From Polyangiaceae bacterium (GTDB lineage: Bacteria; Myxococcota_A; Polyangia; Polyangiales; Polyangiaceae): 52,949 nt of DNA. Shown here piece after piece: positions 1 through 7,703 of the stretch; positions within the stretch are counted from its first letter, which is position 1; each line of letters starts with the position of its first letter. The notes under the pieces are model-generated. The model worked only from the letters and a program-made list of their open reading frames with translations. It searched no databases and was not told the origin of the DNA. The stretch lies in contig JAXLYP010000017.1 in assembly GCA_046351395.1 (NCBI GenBank), positions 193,508 through 246,456 on the forward strand, read 5' to 3'. Made by a program: the position numbers and the translations under genes.

Positions 1-242
1 TGCGTGCGGTCCGCTCGGCGCTCGAGGAGCTCACCGATCGCGAGCAGGACATCCTCCGGGTGACGGCGCTCTACCAGCGCCACGGCGAGAAGCACCAACG
101 TTTGCCGAACGACGTCTCGAGCGATCTCGCGACGCGTTGGGGCACGAACAACGAGAACATCCGCGCGATCCGCAGCCGCGCGATGAAGAAGCTCGAGGCT
201 CGCCTCCGAGAGGTGCTGCACGACGACGGGGGGGCGCGGTGA
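1..242 (+). CDS. RNA polymerase sigma factor, C-terminal region 4 (5'-partial)
   Basis: In-frame translation from pos 3: RAVRSALEELTDREQDILRV...NIRAIRSRAMKKLEARLREV matches sigma-70 region 4 helix-turn-helix; stop TGA at 240-242 overlaps a GTG at 239 (GTGA coupling). Confidence 0.6.
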   Translation, partial: RAVRSALEELTDREQDILRVTALYQRHGEKHQRLPNDVSSDLATRWGTNNENIRAIRSRAMKKLEARLREVLHDDGGAR

Positions 243-344
243 CCGTGGAACGAAAGGACGACGAGGTGGAGGCGATCGTGAGGCGCGCCGTCGGCGGGCT
301 CCTGCCGACGACGGAGGACGAGGTCCGGCGCGCGGAAGAAGAAG

Positions 345-1415
345 GTGTCGAGTTCGATGGAGAGCTGCCCGCAGGGCTCGCGTCCTTTCGACCGCGCGCC
401 GACGCCCAGCCGGCTCGAGGAGGCGCGTCGGCGGAACCATCGAGGAGCGCCGCGCCCGCCCGCGCACCGCGGTCACGACGGCGGGCAGGGTCGCGGACGT
501 CGTCTCGCTCGAGGATCGGCGCGCCCGGCGTCCGTCGGCGGTCCTCACGCACGCGGCGTTCGGCGCGCTCTGCGGGCGGCCGCCGCCGCGGCCGTCGTGC
601 TCTTCGTCCAGCGTCCTTCCAAGGAGATCGCGGGCGCGGGCCGCGCGGACGATCGCTCCCCGGGAGCGAGCGCGCAGACACACGCCACGCCAGCGCCGAG
701 CGCCGATCCCCCTCGGATCCAGGTCCCGGCGGGGCCCGCGTGCGCATCGAGCCCGACCGAGTGCCCCTCGGGCCGGGCGTGCGTTCCGACCTCGATGGAC
801 GAGATCAGCGCGAGCCGCTATCGCCTGAGGGTCGGTGATTTCGCGCCGACCGAGATCGGGAAGGAGGCGCTCTCGCGGGGACCCATCGACGTCTGCGCGC
901 GCGTGGGCGCCTCGGAGATCGCGTGCCGCCCGGCGCGCATCGGAGAGACGAGCAGCATGGTCGTGCTGCCGATCACGTTCAGCGGCAGCGAGGGCCTCTC
1001 CGGTGTCACGATCGACGTGCGCTTCCGCGGCGCGCAGGTGCCCATCGGACAATGGTCCGGACCGCTCGGCCTGTCCGCGAAGGGCCTCTGCAACGGTCAG
1101 CTCGTCGAGCCGACGCAGCCCGGGGGAGACAAACTCGGGACCATCTCACTCTTCGCCGACGACGCGACGTACGTCGAGGTCGGTCGCGCCGCGACGAGCA
1201 CGGACGCGGAGGCCATCGGCGCCGCGTTCGACACGCCGCTGCCCCTCCGCCTGTTCGAATCGAGCCGCCTTGGACCGGAGAAGTTCGTGGTCGCGTTCGG
1301 GCCCGTCACCGTCGTGGAGGCCGAGCGGATTCGGTGGGCGGTGAACGACGGGGGCGGGCACGCGACCGTGTCGCTCGGAGCAGACTTCCTTGGGGCTCCT
1401 CGCGCGCTTCGCTGA
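345..1415 (+). CDS. membrane-anchored protein, putative anti-sigma factor (start uncertain)
   Basis: Arg-rich cytoplasmic N-terminus, one TM helix (AAAAAAVVLFV), then a plausible extracytoplasmic domain with high GC3. An alternative start is GTG at 239 in frame 2, whose product carries an FDGEL motif. A frame switch (about 360-560) would be needed to join the two. Confidence 0.45.
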   Translation: MSSSMESCPQGSRPFDRAPTPSRLEEARRRNHRGAPRPPAHRGHDGGQGRGRRLARGSARPASVGGPHARGVRRALRAAAAAAVVLFVQRPSKEIAGAGRADDRSPGASAQTHATPAPSADPPRIQVPAGPACASSPTECPSGRACVPTSMDEISASRYRLRVGDFAPTEIGKEALSRGPIDVCARVGASEIACRPARIGETSSMVVLPITFSGSEGLSGVTIDVRFRGAQVPIGQWSGPLGLSAKGLCNGQLVEPTQPGGDKLGTISLFADDATYVEVGRAATSTDAEAIGAAFDTPLPLRLFESSRLGPEKFVVAFGPVTVVEAERIRWAVNDGGGHATVSLGADFLGAPRALR

Positions 1416-1500
1416 GCTGCTTCTCAGGCCGGTTTGGGGTGGCCCGTGAGGTGTCCCATCCCGCCTTCTCGGACGCCCACGCATGGCGCTTGGCGCCGGC
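1388..1500. repeat. about 115-bp repeat, copy 1 (paired with 4207..4322, same orientation, about 85% identity)
   Basis: Direct alignment: ...gggctcctcgcgcgcttcg..gagct.ct.c.cagg....ttggggtggcccgtgaggt...cccatcccgcc.ttctcggacgcccacgcatggcgct.gg.gccgg. Confidence 0.7.
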
Positions 1501-1698
1501 CTTGCCGTTCCAAGTGAAGCGGACCTCGATGAGCCTCTCTGGCTCGCCGTGGACCACCGGATAGTAGTCGTGGAACTGGATGTCGAACACGGTGGAGACC
1601 GGCTCGGACGGTTCGTCGATCACCGTCGCATCTTCGAAGTCGGGGCGAGGGAACTCCGCGCGGTGGACGTTCGCTTCTCCAGGCGTTGCCCATCGGAC
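1424..1698 (-). pseudogene. gene remnant with frameshifted C-terminal tail homologous to the tail of the 4242..5039 methyltransferase
   Basis: High-GC3 frame encodes ...FDIQFHDYYPVVHGEPERLIEVRFTWNGKAGAKRHAWASEKAGW with no start codon upstream. A 1-nt shorter G-run than copy 2 shifts the tail (GGMGHLTGHPKPA*) into another frame. Confidence 0.35.
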
Positions 1699-1780
1699 GA
1701 GGCGCGCCCCTCCGACGTCGGCAGGTCCGCCGAGGCGTGTCGGCGCTCGGGGCCGTCCTCGCGCCCGAGGTGAGGCGAGC

Positions 1781-3994
1781 TCACAGTCGCAAGATCGAGA
1801 GGAGGTTCGCGTAGTCGTCGGTGAAGGGGCGCGCGCCGGTCGGCGCGGCCGACCAGCCGAGCGCCTCGAGCGCGGCGCGCCTTTTGGGGGCTCGCGTCGC
1901 CGCGATCCAGCGGCTCGGGAGCGCGAGATCCTCGTCCGCTGCGGACCTCGCGCAGAGGAGGGGCGGCGCGCCCAGCGCGTCCAGCGCGGCGGCGAGCGGC
2001 CCCGCGAGATCGTAGAACCGGTTCGAGATCTGCACGGCCAGCACGCCATCGGGGGCGAGGACGCGCAGCGTGTCGGTGAGCGCCTCCATCGTGAGGAGGT
2101 GCACTGGGAGCGAGTCGCTCGAGAAGGCGTCGACGACGACCAGCGCGTACCTCTCGTCCGGCTCTGCGCGGAGCGAGAGGCGCGCGTCCCCCAGGACGAT
2201 CCGCGGGCGCTCCGGCGCGTCCGACACGTACGTGAAGAGGGTCGGGTTCGTCGCGATCGTGACGACGACCGGATCGATCTCGAAGAACGTCATCCTCACG
2301 CCGGGCTGGTCGTACGCGGCGAGCGTGCCCGCGCCGAGCCCGACCACCGCGACGTCGCCGCGCGCCTCCGCGTCGAGCGCGACGCCGAACACGTCCGCGA
2401 TCGGGCTACCTGGAGCGAAGTACGCCGTCGGCCGACGGCGCTTCTCCTGGGCCGTCCACTGCGATCCGTGCACCGTCGTCCCGCTGTAGAGGGTCGCGAC
2501 CTCGCCGCCCCGGGTCCGTCGGACCTCGCTCACGCCGAAGAAGCTCCGCCCGCGGTACGCCACCCCGGTGCGCAGCCCGAACGCGCCGATGACGAGCGCC
2601 GTGGCGGTCGTCGCGACGAGGATCCACGGTCGCGTGCCGAGCAGGAGCAGCAGCCCGCCGACCACGAGCGACAACAAACCGATCTGGCGATCCCTCCCGC
2701 CGTCCCGGACGAGGATCACGGCGAGCACGCCCGCGCCGAAGACGTAGGGACCCAGGCGCCCGGCGAACTCTCCGAGGATGGATCGGAGGTCCTGCCCGCG
2801 CGCGCCCCAGGCGTCTCGGTGGAGCGCGACCGCGACGAGCGCGCCGAGGAGAAGGATGGGGTACTCCCAGATGTCGGGGAACGCGCGCGGCGCCACGAGC
2901 GCGACGAACATCGAGCCCAGCGCGCCCCCGACGGACACGACGACGTAGAACTCGGTCGCTCGCGCGGGATCGGGGCGATCCCGCGCGAGGAGCCCGTGGA
3001 GCGCCACCACGACGACGCCGAACGCGACGAGCATGATCGGCAAGAGCGCGAGTACGGGCCCGGTCGACGCGCCGTAGAGGACCCAGAGCAACGTGATCAT
3101 CGCGGGCGCCGCGACGATCGCCCAGCGGACGACGCGTCGGGTCGAGAACGCGACGATGAAGGAGCCGATGTAGAGCGCGAGCGGCACGACCCAGACGAGC
3201 GGCGCCGCCACGAGATCCGTCGACAGGAACGTGGTCACCGCGGAGAGCAATCCCGAAGGGACCGCGGAGAGGAGCAACCAGCGCGCGCGCCGTCGATGCG
3301 TGATGCGGGGGGGCTCGGCCCGGGCCTCGTCCAGTGTGGCGCGGGACCCGGTCGGCGAGAGAGCGCGCCCCCTCCACCTGGTGACCGCCGCGAGCGCGAG
3401 CGCCAAGACGAGCGCGGCGTACGCCGCGAACCACGCGTGGCGCTGCGCGCGGAGCCCGAGGCGGGGCTCGACGAGGAGAGGGTAGGCGAACAGCGCGAGC
3501 ATCGAGCCCGCGTTGCTGATCGCGTAGAGCCAATAGGGATCGCGCTCGCCCTGCGGTCCGAGCGAAGACCGATACCAAGCCGAGAGCAGCGGGGTGGTCG
3601 CGGTGAGGACGAACAACGGCAGCCCGATGACGACGACGAGCAGCCGGAGCAGCTCCAGCGCGGCGGGGAGCGACCCGATGCCGAGATCGGAGAGGCGATC
3701 CGGGACGAGGAGCGACAGCGCGAGCCCGAGCGACGCGAGCCCCATGTGCACGATCGGCCCCCAACGACCGAGCCGCGTGATCGAGAGGTGCGCGTAGACG
3801 TAGCCCGCGACGAGGCAAATCTGGAAGAAGCAGAGCGCGGTAGCCCAGACCATCGGCGCGCCGCCGAAGACCGGCAGGAGGAGCTTTCCAACGAGCGGCT
3901 CCACGCTGAACAGCAAGAACGCGGAGAGCCCGATCGACACGGCGAAGGGCGCGGTCGTGCCGAGCGTCGTGGAGCGGGGGGGCGGAAGCGGCAC
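1781..3994 (-). CDS. fused polytopic membrane domain + spermidine/spermine synthase-like (aminopropyltransferase-fold) protein
   Basis: N-terminal multi-TM region (SIGLSAFLLFSVEPLVGKLLLPVFGGAP...) followed by a spermidine-synthase-like C-terminal domain (GDVAVVGLGAGTLA...LVVVDAFSSDSLPVHLLT). GTG start at 3994 chosen just upstream of the first TM; start is uncertain. Confidence 0.65.
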   Translation of the reverse strand: MPLPPPRSTTLGTTAPFAVSIGLSAFLLFSVEPLVGKLLLPVFGGAPMVWATALCFFQICLVAGYVYAHLSITRLGRWGPIVHMGLASLGLALSLLVPDRLSDLGIGSLPAALELLRLLVVVIGLPLFVLTATTPLLSAWYRSSLGPQGERDPYWLYAISNAGSMLALFAYPLLVEPRLGLRAQRHAWFAAYAALVLALALAAVTRWRGRALSPTGSRATLDEARAEPPRITHRRRARWLLLSAVPSGLLSAVTTFLSTDLVAAPLVWVVPLALYIGSFIVAFSTRRVVRWAIVAAPAMITLLWVLYGASTGPVLALLPIMLVAFGVVVVALHGLLARDRPDPARATEFYVVVSVGGALGSMFVALVAPRAFPDIWEYPILLLGALVAVALHRDAWGARGQDLRSILGEFAGRLGPYVFGAGVLAVILVRDGGRDRQIGLLSLVVGGLLLLLGTRPWILVATTATALVIGAFGLRTGVAYRGRSFFGVSEVRRTRGGEVATLYSGTTVHGSQWTAQEKRRRPTAYFAPGSPIADVFGVALDAEARGDVAVVGLGAGTLAAYDQPGVRMTFFEIDPVVVTIATNPTLFTYVSDAPERPRIVLGDARLSLRAEPDERYALVVVDAFSSDSLPVHLLTMEALTDTLRVLAPDGVLAVQISNRFYDLAGPLAAALDALGAPPLLCARSAADEDLALPSRWIAATRAPKRRAALEALGWSAAPTGARPFTDDYANLLSILRL

Positions 3995-4206
3995 CAGGCG
4001 CCGCCATGCTATCGGGTCTCGGGGACCGGGGGCTCCTCCGCACGCTGGTACGAACGTACCTGAGCGGATCGCCGCCGCACCTGGTGGCGAATCCCGCGCT
4101 GGACCGGACCTTTTTGGACCCCGCGCGATGCGCAAGCCAATGACCGCGCAAGGATGGTTCGAATGTCCAATGAGTCCACCGAGGGGCGTGCCGCCCGGAG
4201 CGTTCT

Positions 4207-4322
4207 TGTGGGCTCCTCGCGCGCTTCGACGAGCTCCTCCCTCAGGAGGCCTTGGGGCGGCCCGTGAGGTAGAGGCCCATCCCGCCCTTCTCGGACGCCC
4301 ACGCATAGCGCTCGGTGCCGGG
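4207..4322. repeat. about 115-bp repeat, copy 2
   Basis: See copy 1. It overlaps the last ~25 codons and 3' flank of the methyltransferase gene. Confidence 0.7.
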
Positions 4323-5039
4323 GACCCCGCGCGCGATGTCCAGGAGCTCCTCGGGCGCGTACGCGCGGAGCGCGGACACCGTCCCGTCCCACGCGAAGAG
4401 GAACGGGATGAGCGGCACCAAATAGGTGAGGAGCCAGCGCGACGCGCGCACCGGACGCACGAGCGGGACGAGCGCAAACGGCAGCGTGAAGAGCACGAGC
4501 GCGTTCGGCAAGAGCGCAAACGGCGACAGCGGCGCGGGCATCTTGCGCATCATCGGGTTCGCGGCGACGTCGAAGAACGCGACGTGCGCGCCGCTCGCGA
4601 CCGCATCCGCGAGGAGCGAATGGATCGCCTCGGGCGGGAAGTGGTGGAGCGCCCCGAACATGGTCCGCAAACCTCGGAGATCGGAGGGGACGTGCATCGC
4701 GTCGACCGGCTCGCCGTGCACCGCCACGTTCGCGAGTCCCCGCGTCCGCCCGATGGTCGCCTCATTGGGGTGCCGATCGGTCAGCAGGAACCGCACGTCC
4801 GTCCGCCCTCGCGCCGCGAGCGCCCTCGCCATGAAGAGCGCCCCTCCGCCGCCGCCGGAGCAGAGGTCGACGACCTGCTGCCCGCCGCTCGCGTCGATCG
4901 CGCGCTCGAGGACGTCGACGAGCGGCTGGTAGAACTTCACCAGCCCGAAGAAGGTATCCAAGAGGTCCGTCCCGCCGTCTCGAATCGCGCCCGGCATCCA
5001 GTCGAGATCCTCGAGCTCCACGAAGTGCACGCGTCTCAT
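4242..5039 (-). CDS. class I SAM-dependent methyltransferase with C-terminal hydrophobic segment
   Basis: Rossmann motif VVDLCSGGGGGALFMARAL; ATG at 5039 (MRRVHFVELEDLDW); ends ...ERYAWASEKGGMGLYLTGRPKAS*. Confidence 0.65.
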   Translation of the reverse strand: MRRVHFVELEDLDWMPGAIRDGGTDLLDTFFGLVKFYQPLVDVLERAIDASGGQQVVDLCSGGGGGALFMARALAARGRTDVRFLLTDRHPNEATIGRTRGLANVAVHGEPVDAMHVPSDLRGLRTMFGALHHFPPEAIHSLLADAVASGAHVAFFDVAANPMMRKMPAPLSPFALLPNALVLFTLPFALVPLVRPVRASRWLLTYLVPLIPFLFAWDGTVSALRAYAPEELLDIARGVPGTERYAWASEKGGMGLYLTGRPKAS

Positions 5040-5154
5040 GGCCCGGGAGGATAGGGTCGTTCCTGCGCCGGAGAAGCGCGGCAGATCGCCGCGCCGGTGC
5101 GCTCTTGTCAGCCTCGGCCGCCCCGGCCGTCGTCTCCCCGCGAGGAGGTCAGCC

Positions 5155-5511
5155 ATGTCGGCTGCACGAAGGAGCTCGCTCGCTGCGGCGCTCACGCTCG
5201 CCGTGGTCCACGCGAACGAGGCGAACGCCGAGGAGCCGTTCCCGATCATTTCGCTCCGCGACGCGACGGTCGGCGTCGGTTCGACGGGAGCGCCCGCAGG
5301 GTGGATCGCGCTGCCGACGCTCGCGCTCTCGCCCTCGGGCGGGTCGAGCCTGCGCCCCGTTCTCGAGATCGACGCGATCGACGTCCAGCGCGGCGCCGTG
5401 GTCCCGATCCTTCGCCTCGAGCTGAAGCTCCCCGTCGCGGACTTCGTGCTCGACTGGAGCCCCGACCCCGCCCTCGGGACTCACGCCCGCCTCCGCGTGT
5501 CCCTGAATTGA
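5155..5511 (+). CDS. small secreted hypothetical protein
   Basis: GAGGAGG 5 nt upstream of ATG; signal peptide MSAARRSSLAAALTLAVVHANEANA. Confidence 0.5.
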   Translation: MSAARRSSLAAALTLAVVHANEANAEEPFPIISLRDATVGVGSTGAPAGWIALPTLALSPSGGSSLRPVLEIDAIDVQRGAVVPILRLELKLPVADFVLDWSPDPALGTHARLRVSLN

Positions 5512-5647
5512 CCGCTCGCCGCTCCGCCGCGCTGAATTTCGCGCCCGCCCCTCGGAGCGTCGTTCGCAAACCTCGGAATTTCGACCTCCCGACCAGCACG
5601 AAAGCCGCGAGAGGGATTTCATTCCGAGCTCGTCACAACGCGCACCG

Positions 5648-6859
5648 ATGCGACTCCGAAGCGCGCTCCTCCCCGCCTTGGGTGTATTGTCTGTCGCGTG
5701 TGGGGGCGGCGCCTCACCTCGTGTGCAGGAGCCGAAGCCGACTGGGCAGTGGCGGGGATCATCGACTGGGCAGTGGACGGGATCCCCGACCGGTGTGCCG
5801 TGGGGTGGCTCCATCGTCGCGGGCGGCCTTGCGATCCTGCGGAGCGGCGCGTGTCCGCTCACGGAGATCGCGCCGGGGCAGTGGGCCCAAGCGGCGTGCG
5901 CGCCCATCGTCCAGTTCAAGAACGCGCTGCCCTATCGGGCGCCACCTTTCGTGGCGAGCGCGCTCCCCGCCTATGTAGACCACCGCGCCTCGGGGCTCGA
6001 GGGCCCCGTGAAGAACCAACAGAACGTGGGCGCGTGCGGCGCCTTCTCCGTCACGACCGCGATGGAGAACGCGCTCCGCAAGCAAGGCCGGCAGGACGTC
6101 CTCTCGGCGCTCCATTACTACGTGAAGTACGGCACGGTCGCCGGCACCGGCGAGAACGGCGACGCGATCACCACGGACGCCGTCTGGCCGTACGACCCCG
6201 TGAAGGCATGCCTCTTGTCGCCCGACGAGGGCGGGGACACGTGCGATCAGGACTTCGGCGTCGTGCGGGGCGGCGGTCGCGGCGATCCGCGGTTGCGCGC
6301 CGAGCAGGCGAACGCAGACAGTCGCGGGCTCGTGCGGCTCGACCGCGCGTGGAGCATCGATCCCCGGGACGTAGACGCCATCGCGGCGATCCTCGCCGCC
6401 GGCGACGACGTCGACGCGACCTTCGCGTTCGATCGGGATGCGTGGAGCTACCGGGGGATCCAGAGCGGCGTCTTCAGCCACTACCAGGGCCCCAAGGACT
6501 ATGGTCATGGCGTCGTCCTCGCGGGGTATCGCTGGGTGAACGGAGAGCGCCAGTTCCTCATCCACAACAGCTGGGGCGCCGACTGGGCGGAGAGCGGCTA
6601 TGCGTGGATGGCGGAGAGCGACGTCCGCGCGAACCTTTGCTCGGCCTACAAGATCGATCTCGCCGAAGCGGGGACGCCGCGCCGGCCCGAGGAGACGGCG
6701 CACTATTGTCCGGGCGGGCTCCCTCCCATCGGCAACCAATGTATCCCCCTCCCGCAAGCCTCGACCGCGTGTCCGCCGGGCACGATCGGCCTTCCGGGTC
6801 TTTGTCTGCCCACCGGGGGCATCAATCCCCTCGGAGACCTCGCGCCAGGTGCGCCGTGA
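5648..6859 (+). CDS. papain-family (C1) cysteine peptidase lipoprotein
   Basis: Lipobox LSVAC; QNVGACGAFS (papain Q...C motif), YGHGVVLAGY and HNSWGADWAESGYAWM (His/Asn block). Confidence 0.75.
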   Translation: MRLRSALLPALGVLSVACGGGASPRVQEPKPTGQWRGSSTGQWTGSPTGVPWGGSIVAGGLAILRSGACPLTEIAPGQWAQAACAPIVQFKNALPYRAPPFVASALPAYVDHRASGLEGPVKNQQNVGACGAFSVTTAMENALRKQGRQDVLSALHYYVKYGTVAGTGENGDAITTDAVWPYDPVKACLLSPDEGGDTCDQDFGVVRGGGRGDPRLRAEQANADSRGLVRLDRAWSIDPRDVDAIAAILAAGDDVDATFAFDRDAWSYRGIQSGVFSHYQGPKDYGHGVVLAGYRWVNGERQFLIHNSWGADWAESGYAWMAESDVRANLCSAYKIDLAEAGTPRRPEETAHYCPGGLPPIGNQCIPLPQASTACPPGTIGLPGLCLPTGGINPLGDLAPGAP

Positions 6860-7703
6860 GCTCGGTCGCGACGCGCGTGTGGAGCTCGAGCACGGTGAAC
6901 CAATCGATGAGCTCGATGCGGAGCGCGCTCACGGCCGACGCGGCCCGCGCCGTGTGCGCGCGGGGGACCTCCGCGAGCGCATCGAGGAACCCCATGTCCG
7001 TCCCCGCTCCGACGGTCGCGCGCTCGCCGCGCGCGGTCTCGCACTCGACGAGCCCCGCGGTGACGCGGATCCAGTGGTTCGCGACATCTCCCGCGCTCCA
7101 GAGGACGTCGCCTCGCTGAAACCGCACGTCCGTGGACGCGCTCGCGATCTCCGCGAGGCCCTCCACGTTCGCGCGCGCGATGGGCGATCTCCGGAGCTGG
7201 ATGACCCGCTCCACGACCGTCAGCTCCTCGTCCCGAAACGTGCCGTGCTCCGGCGGATCGGAGCGATTGGGCAATGGCCCGCGCTCCGCGAGGAGGTCCC
7301 GCGCGAGGCCCCGCAGCACGAAGCGCTGGAGCGCGAAATCCCGTTGGAGCGCGATCCGGACCGCGTCTCCGGGGATCTCGAGCGCGAGCGTCCGTGCCTC
7401 CGTCGTCGCGCTCAGGTGATCGCGCTCCGTGAGGAGCGCGGTGAACCCGAGCGCGCGCTGGCTCTCCACGCGGCCGACCAGGGTGCCTTCGTGCTCCACG
7501 CGCACGCTCCCCTCGAGCACGTAGAGCACGGACGTGATCGGATCGGTCGCGCGCCAGATCACCGCGCGCGGCCGAAACCGCCGGTAGCGGGAGCGCTCCG
7601 CCATGAGCAGGAGAGTGTCCACGCTGACCGATCGAAGATCGGGCATCGAGCCGAGGAGGCGGGCGCGCGCCTCGACGCTCGCGAGCTCGGGCTCAGCTTG
7701 CAT
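6822..7703 (-). CDS. tandem cyclic-nucleotide-binding (CAP effector) domain protein
   Basis: Two cNMP-binding-like domains (RYRRFRPRAVIWRATDPITSVLYVLEGSVRVE...). Start overlaps the stop of the upstream TLC gene by 11 nt. Confidence 0.65.
   Translation of the reverse strand: MQAEPELASVEARARLLGSMPDLRSVSVDTLLLMAERSRYRRFRPRAVIWRATDPITSVLYVLEGSVRVEHEGTLVGRVESQRALGFTALLTERDHLSATTEARTLALEIPGDAVRIALQRDFALQRFVLRGLARDLLAERGPLPNRSDPPEHGTFRDEELTVVERVIQLRRSPIARANVEGLAEIASASTDVRFQRGDVLWSAGDVANHWIRVTAGLVECETARGERATVGAGTDMGFLDALAEVPRAHTARAASAVSALRIELIDWFTVLELHTRVATELTAHLARGLRGD

Noticed and set aside
1580-4151. Long ORFs 1580..4063(+) and 2406..4151(-), both overlapping the spermidine-synthase-like gene
   Set aside because: Translations are Arg/Glu/Asp-rich low-complexity with no motifs. 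They are antisense or off-frame shadows of the real minus-strand gene, which has clear TM helices and a spermidine-synthase-like C-terminal domain.
4156-4165. GGTTCGAATG, a tRNA T-arm-like string
   Set aside because: It lacks the full GGTTCGAATCC T-loop context, has no acceptor-stem complementarity nearby, and sits inside the promoter region of the spermidine-synthase-like gene. I found no convincing tRNA anywhere in the window.
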